64,000 nt of DNA, taken from IMG/VR virus record IMGVR_UViG_3300024298_000005. One strand, 5' to 3'. Positions 58,501-64,000 of the stretch are shown one piece after another. The notes beneath the pieces are model-generated. The model worked only from the letters and a program-made list of their open reading frames with translations. It was not told where the DNA came from and searched no databases. A program made the translations under genes and the position numbers. The DNA is from a virus (lineage: Duplodnaviria > Heunggongvirae > Uroviricota > Caudoviricetes). Numbering within the stretch: the stretch's first letter is position 1; each line of letters starts with the position of its first letter.

Positions 58501-61500
58501 GGAGCAAGTTGGCTATTTAAAACAACCTGTGTTGATGTGATTCCTCTTCTATATGAACTTGCGGTTTTAATAGACATATAATTAGAACCAAACAAGAAGT
58601 CATAGTATAATGCATCAATAATATATCCTGTATCTCTCTTACATAGAGTTTCATCATATGATAGAGTTGGGAAATATTCGTTAATATATTCGATTGTTTC
58701 TGTTTGAATATATGATTTTGCAGCAAGAATTTTAGCACCAGCAGTTAACAAACCTGCGGCTGGCCATGTAATATCTGGAGCAACGGTTGTTGGTGCTGTT
58801 CCAGTGTTGATTGTGTCATAAATTTCTTGAACACGAGTCTGTGCAGTTGTCGCTGCACCTGCTGAGCCAGCTGTACCTGAAGTATCTTGTGTAGATGTGT
58901 TTCCTGTAGACTTAGTCCATCCGCCAGTATTACCAGTTGCAATATTGTCAATAATGTCTTTGATTCTATTAACGGTGGCTAATAGTGCTGTTTTTTGACC
59001 TGCTGGTTCTACTAATACTCCGTTACTATAATAAGCACGAGCGGCAATTACGGTTTGTAGATTACCGCCGTATGTTAAATCGTATACAAGAGCGTCTACA
59101 ATGTAGCCCATATCACGAGTACATTTTGCTTTATCTCCTGCGCTTAATGCTGTCCAAACAGCATTATAGTTTGTATTCATATATGCTGAAACTTCGTCTT
59201 GAATAAAAGACTTGTTAGCAAGAATTAAACGAGCCGCATTTAGATAGCCTGCATCTGAAGCATTGTTAGATCCGCCTGTTGGAGTTGGATATACAAATGC
59301 TGATGCATACGAATCTCCAAGTTCAATTACTTTCTTCATTTCTAAGATATTACTATCTGTGAATAAAGTAGCTGCTCCGGTGCCTGTGCCTGCTCTTTGT
59401 CCTGTTGTATTCTGTGTTTCGCTGTTTCCTGTTGTAGGTGTCACAGCAGTATTTGTAATAATATCATCAACAATAGATTGAATACGTTGAAGAGCTGATA
59501 TAGATTTAGTTTTTTCATTAGCTGAAATTACACTTGGTGATGCTTCAGTTCTTGTTCCACGTAATTCATCTCCAACCACTGCGGTATTTGCAGGTACGAT
59601 AATTGGTAATGTTTCATAATAATGGCCGGTTTTAACAAAAATTGTAAAGTGTGGAATTTCTTCTGCTGGAAGAGAATCTGTATCTCCGGCTGTGATTGCA
59701 TCTGTTACTATAGAAACTAAAGACGAAACTAAGTCTGATGCATCGGTTTCGGCTGTATAGTTTGTGTCAATTACCTGTTTAATTCTGTTTCCTACAGAAA
59801 TACCATTCAATGTTTGATAATTTGCAGCAGGTGCAGCATTAGATAAAATGCTATCCATCAAACTTACACCGTAATTAATTGCAGCAACGGTCTGAGCTTC
59901 TTGTCCGCTAATATAGCTTGCGCCTAATGTTGTAAAATAGGCTTGAGCAGCTTCTATAGTTTTACCATTTCCTGTATGAGAAATATCATAGACAATAGCA
60001 TCTACTAATAGACCCATATCTCTTTGGCAAATAGTTTTATCATATGAGAAACCTGACCAAATTCCTGTGCCTGCGGTAATTTGATAATCAACCCATTCAA
60101 CAATTTCTTTCTGAATAAATGTTCTGTTGATAGAAAGTAGATATTTTGCATTTGGGTATTCAGTACCTGCTTCAACTTGTTGAGCAGCATATCTTACACT
60201 TGCCCATGGTTGGTCAATGGTTAGACCAAATGTTGGAGCAGGAGTGTTTGTTCCGTGAGGGGCAACATAATAAACTTTTGATACACGACCAAAGTATGCC
60301 CATGCTGGATAACCACCATCTACTGAAAGTACCTGACCTTCGTCGCCTATTGGTAATCTTGTTGGGCCAGATCCTGAATAATAAACTAAGTCGCCAGCAG
60401 TAGTAAGTACGCTTTCTTCGTTACCTGCTGTTAATAAATTCCAATAAGTTCCAAGAGTGTCGTTATCTGGACGGCTTGGTGTTGATGCTGTGTGGGCTTG
60501 AACACAAATATAAGAATTTGGTCCATACTTAACTGCGTCGCCTAAAATATAAGCCGTTGAAGTTACCCATGTGCTTCTCCACTTGATACCTTCGTTTAAT
60601 AAACTCCAATACGATGCGTTTGGCGGTCTTTGGTTTGAATTATCGGCTGTGGCAACATAGGTAAAACCGCCGTTACGAACAATTTCGCCAACTTTATAAG
60701 ATGCACCAGACGACCAATCGCCAGCAAGTCTAAATCCTGTTGTAAACAAATCCCAATCTGTTGAATTAGTTGACGGTGCAAATCCGCCAGCAGATACATG
60801 ATCTGTTTTTGCAATATAAGTATTTCCACCGTAGCGAACAATATCGCCGGGTTGATATGTTGTACCTGAAGTCCAATCGCTTTCAAATTCAACACCTTCA
60901 ACAAATTGATTCCATTTAGCAACATCGGTTACAAAACTTGCTGCTGCTGTGTGGTCAGTAATACAAATATAAACGCCACCGCCATTTTTAACTAGGTCGT
61001 TGACCTTGTATCTTGTTGCTGTAGTCCATGCACCTTTGTATTCAACGCCTTGATTAAAATAATCCCACTTGCTTTGATCAGCTTCTAATCCAAGAGCAAC
61101 GGTAGCAGCTGATGTATGATATTCGTTACATACATATGTTGTACCGCCGTACTTGATAACATCGCCTAGTTTATATCTAGTAGATGATGTCCATGCACCT
61201 TTCCAATCAAGTCCTTTAGAAAATAAATCCCACTTGCTTTGATCAGCTTCTAATCCAAGAGCATTTGTACCTGCGGCAGTATGTGCGGTGTTACATAGGT
61301 AGGTGTAACCACCGTACTTAACAATATCATTTACTTTATATGTTGTTCCAGCGACCCATGCACTCTTCCAATCAAAACTTTCTGCAAATAAATCCCAATC
61401 GCTTTGATTATCTTCTAATGTCGAATCACTAGTATGTCCATTATTACAAATATAAACATAACCACCGTACTTAACGATGTCGTTTTCTTTGTAAAGTGTT

Positions 61501-61724
61501 GTTGCAGTCCAATCACCTTTCCAAACTTGACCGTCTGCAAACAAATTCCATTTAGTTGGAATATTATCTAAGTCTGTATAGAAATCAGCTGCTGCTGTGT
61601 GACCGACTACGCAAAGATATGTACGTCCGCCATATGCAATAATGTCGTCTTTATAGTATGTAGTACCGGTTGTCCAGTCATCTTTCCATACAAATCTAAT
61701 TCTACCTAATTTAAACTCTGCCAT
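52509..61724 (-). CDS. giant tail fibre/baseplate protein (3071 aa): CBM5/12-like repeats, helical CxRD repeats, BNR-like propellers, C-terminus shared with 61780..64000
   Basis: N-terminal W.G.W...T.Y...D.VKYGG..Y.C repeats; six CxRDxGYIVDA..YD repeats; YS.DG.TW repeats; GGAG RBS. Confidence 0.72.
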   Translation of the reverse strand: MAEFKLGRIRFVWKDDWTTGTTYYKDDIIAYGGRTYLCVVGHTAAADFYTDLDNIPTKWNLFADGQVWKGDWTATTLYKENDIVKYGGYVYICNNGHTSDSTLEDNQSDWDLFAESFDWKSAWVAGTTYKVNDIVKYGGYTYLCNTAHTAAGTNALGLEADQSKWDLFSKGLDWKGAWTSSTRYKLGDVIKYGGTTYVCNEYHTSAATVALGLEADQSKWDYFNQGVEYKGAWTTATRYKVNDLVKNGGGVYICITDHTAAASFVTDVAKWNQFVEGVEFESDWTSGTTYQPGDIVRYGGNTYIAKTDHVSAGGFAPSTNSTDWDLFTTGFRLAGDWSSGASYKVGEIVRNGGFTYVATADNSNQRPPNASYWSLLNEGIKWRSTWVTSTAYILGDAVKYGPNSYICVQAHTASTPSRPDNDTLGTYWNLLTAGNEESVLTTAGDLVYYSGSGPTRLPIGDEGQVLSVDGGYPAWAYFGRVSKVYYVAPHGTNTPAPTFGLTIDQPWASVRYAAQQVEAGTEYPNAKYLLSINRTFIQKEIVEWVDYQITAGTGIWSGFSYDKTICQRDMGLLVDAIVYDISHTGNGKTIEAAQAYFTTLGASYISGQEAQTVAAINYGVSLMDSILSNAAPAANYQTLNGISVGNRIKQVIDTNYTAETDASDLVSSLVSIVTDAITAGDTDSLPAEEIPHFTIFVKTGHYYETLPIIVPANTAVVGDELRGTRTEASPSVISANEKTKSISALQRIQSIVDDIITNTAVTPTTGNSETQNTTGQRAGTGTGAATLFTDSNILEMKKVIELGDSYASAFVYPTPTGGSNNASDAGYLNAARLILANKSFIQDEVSAYMNTNYNAVWTALSAGDKAKCTRDMGYIVDALVYDLTYGGNLQTVIAARAYYSNGVLVEPAGQKTALLATVNRIKDIIDNIATGNTGGWTKSTGNTSTQDTSGTAGSAGAATTAQTRVQEIYDTINTGTAPTTVAPDITWPAAGLLTAGAKILAAKSYIQTETIEYINEYFPTLSYDETLCKRDTGYIIDALYYDFLFGSNYMSIKTASSYRRGITSTQVVLNSQLAPTLATVDFIFAKVQEQLRLSTSALSIVNNAREIKDVLNNGLAYADSYVRPTPTGGTYGYTSGYYNAARLILANKSFLQAEVTAYMVLNYSSLWTSLGVSGQTACTRDIGYIVEALYYDLMYGGNLATVIAARSYYSNGTFVEPSSEKTAAIAVQNRLIAIITYIAQGNTGSWTKTTGNAATQDTTGTAGSSTAGTYAATRLTEIRDTINTGTTPSSVAPETTWVSATLSAANTTLQAAKTSIQTDAVQHIKREFATLDFDETLCSRDVGYIVDALGYDMMFGSNFLSIQNGMAYQRGLSSTGVVLASQLEATSRIIDFIGVRSALVAAGDAVSQVEILLSNIIGYANSGALPIVTGTNVPTKDLDVLNAAEILLLNKEFLAAEATAYINNTYKATVTATTSDDKLTCSSTAWMQVGDAVRFTGTTFGGVSTGTTYYIYSIISATQFKISTSESLTGALDLSAASGSMTMTFYYLSSYCQNDIRNYVEALAYDLKYTGNYKSALAARYYRNALTGSKLEDMYLVRNGCGVRNQTLLGLDGSSDGTTPGANPVSATGLLPANEFGTQRPLAGSYVSLDYGWGPNDDRVWVTNKSTYTQNVTTFGTAAVGQKIDGSLHNGGVDSMVSNDFTQVISDGIGAWVTNLGRAELVSIFTYYAHVGYLAENGGKIRGTNGNNSYGDYGAVAEGVDVTETPITGLINNRSTEADIRNVITDGNNILLLEYGNAGSDYHTGSYSISGAGYSAATRMGEFRDNGVFQVRLTDPGDSSGTGGTGYVTASNQAQAGNTTQITLAAADTATSSAYVGMAVYITAGTGAGQYGYINSYNAGSKVATVYKESTGTAGWDHVVPGTAIASSLSLTSTYVITPRLSFTAPAFTKSLSTLPASSTWTDIAFGDGYSTYTGLSGTTSGSGNLATFDVSRRNGVYSVTINSPGVLYAVGDTVTILGASLGGTTPTNNLTITVSTVSGVSGGITSVSVSGTAVTPKYVAIASGTASGAYSADGSTWTAMTLPASATWTAIAYGQVSTGVSYFVAVASGGTSAAYSTDGINWTSASLGTSASWSDVTYGNQKFVAVSRTSGSAYYSVSTTGTSWSTSTQSVDAVAVTYGYNRFVMIGGGFSRASAYSTDGSTWTVGATSLPANNDSTTSNWIDVAYGNGRYVAISDSSGNAAYSFDGATWTASTLPGIYEWSSINYGGGVFYVTSYGDYAATSEDGVTWTLRDGSHASLAISTTAKDTNPGSYTARTLPASAYWQDVIWTGSKFVAVGHDNVATPYAASSTDGETWTSVTLATPSSSWEYTAIAYNGSNQYIAVIANTRHLATSTDGVTWTGTTNAIPTQGQWSDMIYAGSKYVAISGGQNRTAYSTDGVTWLNGTISASSTEYTSIAYGQPGATAYYVVVTGITATSQLSAYSTDGITWTAGNTLPSADYWSSVVYGNGKFVTVAGGPNGTSTKAAYSSNGTSWTSATMPGAAARWYRVVYGGGAYTAFAYNSTRTAYSTDGITWVEGPALPATRNWNAAAYGNNRNVALPTTASSGAASINFVLNTNLITTSDTTANISVNDRVRFTGTTFGGVRNDTYYWVISVESTNTTQFSVSTSKGGSALVLSAASGTMTAVVAKEYVASALGSISGSPKWMVLAPTSPKAQGVVAGAKTRARAYVTNNQITEIWIHEPGSGYSSAPTMTITDPNNTGSDATVEIRVGDGALSQPIWTNRGTGYTAASATVTGDGYADNYQVSSYVGFKNLTDVPRAGSNVQIAGINDVWYRLVTVTGLIPNTDGTYNATLQLSPALGAAEAPDHETAISIRRRYSQVRLTGHDFLDVGTGNKTQTNYPDLPLQDPVPANETVGSEGGRVFYTSTDQDGNFRVGGLFNVEQSTGVATLNADAFNIAGLNELSLGSVALGGSGATISEFSTDPFFTQDSDSVIPTQRAIKAYITSQIGGGGSSLNVNTLTAGVVYIAGQTIATTTNVQININTKVNFKGGIAGDPLVLNYFLLNK
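52901..52952. repeat. 52-bp perfect direct repeat, copy 1 (copy 2 at 62172-62223)
   Basis: caccaactctaaagttaccgtcttggtcagtacttgtgtagaacacacgacc identical in both paralogs (GRVFYTSTDQDGNFRVG). Confidence 0.9.
61061..61263. repeat. 38-bp identical internal repeat, 165-bp period (ALGLEADQSKWD)
   Basis: aatcccacttgctttgatcagcttctaatccaagagca at 61061-61098 and 61226-61263. Confidence 0.85.
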
Positions 61725-61750
61725 TTATAGCTCCGTTATGCAAGTATTAA

Positions 61751-61756
61751 TATTTA
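61751..61756 (-). promoter_or_regulatory. late promoter box TAAATA (leadered, GGAG RBS) for the 3071-aa gene
   Basis: Located in the 55-nt intergenic gap. Confidence 0.55.
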
Positions 61757-61779
61757 TTCAATCCGTAAATGCTAGGTTT

Positions 61780-64000
61780 TTAAGTTCCTGATAAGAACTT
61801 AGATGCCACTAACATAGTTCCGTCTATTCCTCGTTTAAAGTTTACTTTTGATGTAAAAATTAACTCATCCCCTGTAGTTGTGCCAAGTGCCTGTGGTCCA
61901 ACTTGAACAATACCAGCAACAAGTTGGGCTGTAACTGCGTCTGCACCACCTCCAGAAACACGTCTTTGAATATACGCTTTAATTGCTCTCTGTGTTGGTA
62001 CAACATTGTTTGAATCTGCTGTAAACGTTATGTCTGTTGAAAATTCTCTAACGACAACGCCTGATCCACCAACGGTAACACCACCCAACCTCAATTCTTC
62101 TAGACCTTGTAGTTCAAAGAATTGAGCATTTAATGTAACCGTGCCCGTTGCCTGTTCAACTGAGAATAATTCACCAACTCTAAAGTTACCGTCTTGGTCA
62201 GTACTTGTGTAGAACACACGACCTCCATCGCGTTCTCTAACTTCATCTTCTGGAGCAAGAACGGTTCCGTTTGGATTTAATGTATCCGGGTAGTTAGTTG
62301 AATAGAATCCTCCAAGACCGATATCTAAAAAGTCATGTCCAGTTAAACGAACCTGCGAATATTGCTGACGAATTTCAACCGATGTTCCGTGTTCTGGGCT
62401 TTCTTCTCTTCCTAGATCTTTAGCAATGGTTAATCTTGCGGTATAGTTTCCAATTGATCCGCTTAAGATTGTTGCTGTTAATAATTTATAAGTGTAATCG
62501 TCAATTCCAGCAATGTTTAAGTTATCGCCCGGTCCTGGAATTCTAGTCAAGTTATTAACAACTAAAGAGTCTCCAATTTGATATTGATCTTTATACCCGT
62601 CTCCTGATACGGTTAATACGGTACTAGAAGTTTCGTAACCTGTACCTGCATTAATAATTGTAGGATTACCTAAAACTCCATTACCAATTCTAACTGCTGT
62701 AGAAACATCTGAGCTGTTACTTGGATCTGTAATGGTCATTGCTGGTGCTGATGTGTATCCGCTACCAGGTTCCCAAATATTAATACTAGAAATTCTTCCT
62801 GCAACAACTCTTGCTCTTGCCTGTGCTTGTACACCAGTGCTGATTAATCTACCAACATTGCTGTTAGTCGAGAATCCTGCAATTGCTAAGAATTTTCCTG
62901 GTTTCATTGGGTTTCCAAAACATACTGCTGCCCAAGGTGCTGTTGTGCTTATCGATTGATAAGTCCAATTATAACCATCTTTTGATATTGCTATAGTATT
63001 TGTACCGGTTGCAACGGCAACAAACAGACCTTGACCATAAGTTACCTGTTGCCAGTTAGCCGCAGTTAGTGTTGATTCATACCATGTTGAACCGTTAAAA
63101 CTAATTGAAACTTCGGTAGCACCTGCATAACCGCCTGATAGTGCTACCCAGCGATTGTTACCAAAGGCTAGGCTAATTGCACCTTGTGGTATGCTTGTGG
63201 CTGTCCACGCTGTTCCATTTGTTGAATATGCAACCGCAGCACCTGCTGTTGAAGAATCACTAGCGGCTACTATAACAAATTTTCCCGAACCGTATTCGAT
63301 AGCGTTCCAGTCAGCACCTTCTGGTAACGAAGATGTAGTCCATGTTGTTAGATCCAATGATGTAGCAACAATATTTTTGCTTCCAGAAATTGCTACCCAT
63401 GTAGAATTTCCATATGATACATCTCTCCAGTCTGTTGATCCCGGAATAGTCACCGATGACCAAGATGTGCCGTTAGTTGATTTTGCTACATAACCTCCTG
63501 TAGCAAAAGCTAATAATACTCCTCCAGTATATTTTATTTTTGTCCATAGTGCGGTTACTGGAAGTGTGCCGTTAGTCCAGGTTACCCCGTCGGCTGAATA
63601 AGCAGCAACGTTGCTGTCAATAGCTACCGCTACCCAATATGTTCCATTGAATGCCAAACTACTCCATTGTCTGCTGTTTGGTAATGTAGTTGATGCTGAC
63701 GTAAATCCCGGACTAGTAAATGTAATTCGTGGTTCAATTGCATAATTTGCTGTTGTGTTCAACGATGTTTGTATAGGAGTACCCTCAACAAGATGTTCCC
63801 ACCCTGCTGCATGTAATAAGAATGAACCTGTAGCGTTAATTAGACCATATACTGAACCGCCTGACGATGTGCTAACTTTAATTTTGTTGTTTAATGAATC
63901 AATAGTATGAACAAAATAAACAACATAATTAGCAATGTTTCCTATAGTTGTTCCAGAAAATACCACTGGTTGATTTACACTTAATGTTGTGGTGTCTAAA
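61780..64000 (-). CDS. C-terminal part of a second giant structural protein, paralogous to 52509..61724; starts beyond the right edge
   Basis: Frame is open to the window end; shares GW.H..PG/EG, propeller repeats and SQVRLTGHDFLD.G...YTSTDQDGNFRVG. Confidence 0.72.
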   Translation of the reverse strand, partial: LDTTTLSVNQPVVFSGTTIGNIANYVVYFVHTIDSLNNKIKVSTSSGGSVYGLINATGSFLLHAAGWEHLVEGTPIQTSLNTTANYAIEPRITFTSPGFTSASTTLPNSRQWSSLAFNGTYWVAVAIDSNVAAYSADGVTWTNGTLPVTALWTKIKYTGGVLLAFATGGYVAKSTNGTSWSSVTIPGSTDWRDVSYGNSTWVAISGSKNIVATSLDLTTWTTSSLPEGADWNAIEYGSGKFVIVAASDSSTAGAAVAYSTNGTAWTATSIPQGAISLAFGNNRWVALSGGYAGATEVSISFNGSTWYESTLTAANWQQVTYGQGLFVAVATGTNTIAISKDGYNWTYQSISTTAPWAAVCFGNPMKPGKFLAIAGFSTNSNVGRLISTGVQAQARARVVAGRISSINIWEPGSGYTSAPAMTITDPSNSSDVSTAVRIGNGVLGNPTIINAGTGYETSSTVLTVSGDGYKDQYQIGDSLVVNNLTRIPGPGDNLNIAGIDDYTYKLLTATILSGSIGNYTARLTIAKDLGREESPEHGTSVEIRQQYSQVRLTGHDFLDIGLGGFYSTNYPDTLNPNGTVLAPEDEVRERDGGRVFYTSTDQDGNFRVGELFSVEQATGTVTLNAQFFELQGLEELRLGGVTVGGSGVVVREFSTDITFTADSNNVVPTQRAIKAYIQRRVSGGGADAVTAQLVAGIVQVGPQALGTTTGDELIFTSKVNFKRGIDGTMLVASKFLSGT
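62172..62223. repeat. 52-bp perfect direct repeat, copy 2
   Basis: Identical to 52901-52952. Confidence 0.9.

Noticed and set aside
52901-62223. Possible diversity-generating retroelement template/variable repeat pair
   Set aside because: The copies are identical rather than differing at adenines, both are in coding frames, and no reverse transcriptase is in the window.
1-64000. tRNA, rRNA, tmRNA, CRISPR arrays, introns or inteins
   Set aside because: Intergenic gaps are mostly under 130 nt and none showed cloverleaf or array structure. Terminase, UvsX and UvsW are of normal length. A tRNAscan/Infernal run would be needed to exclude them formally.

Overview
A 64-kb, AT-rich, almost fully coding segment of a large T4-superfamily myovirus genome, mostly on the minus strand. 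It has four blocks. (1) 1-5.4 kb, replication/recombination: a compact PHP-less DnaE-type (family C) polymerase gene running off the left edge, accessory ORFs and UvsW helicase. (2) 5.4-16.6 kb, a 13-gene sugar-synthesis and glycosyltransferase island: Gmd, a ColD-like His-type 3-dehydratase, a short Ugd, a cytidylyltransferase-cupin fusion, three KpsS/KpsC-like paralogs and several GT-A proteins, opened by T4-late-type promoter boxes. (3) 16.6-20.5 kb: UvsY, UvsX and gp32, then three small signal-peptide proteins. (4) 20.6-64 kb, morphogenesis: terminase, gp4, tail tube and sheath, neck gp13/14/15 and giant tail/baseplate fibre proteins, with a sub-module of three very Cys-rich Gly-motif paralogs next to a GT9-like glycosyltransferase and a NodU/TobZ-type carbamoyltransferase. 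The strongest non-coding signal is a TAAATA/TAAGTA box 4-7 nt upstream of about 11 operon-leading start codons that mostly lack a Shine-Dalgarno, which suggests leaderless late mRNAs. Several promoter-overlapping hairpins look like translational switches. No rRNA, tRNA, CRISPR array or transposon was recognised. All functional calls are from motif recognition by eye; no database search was run.
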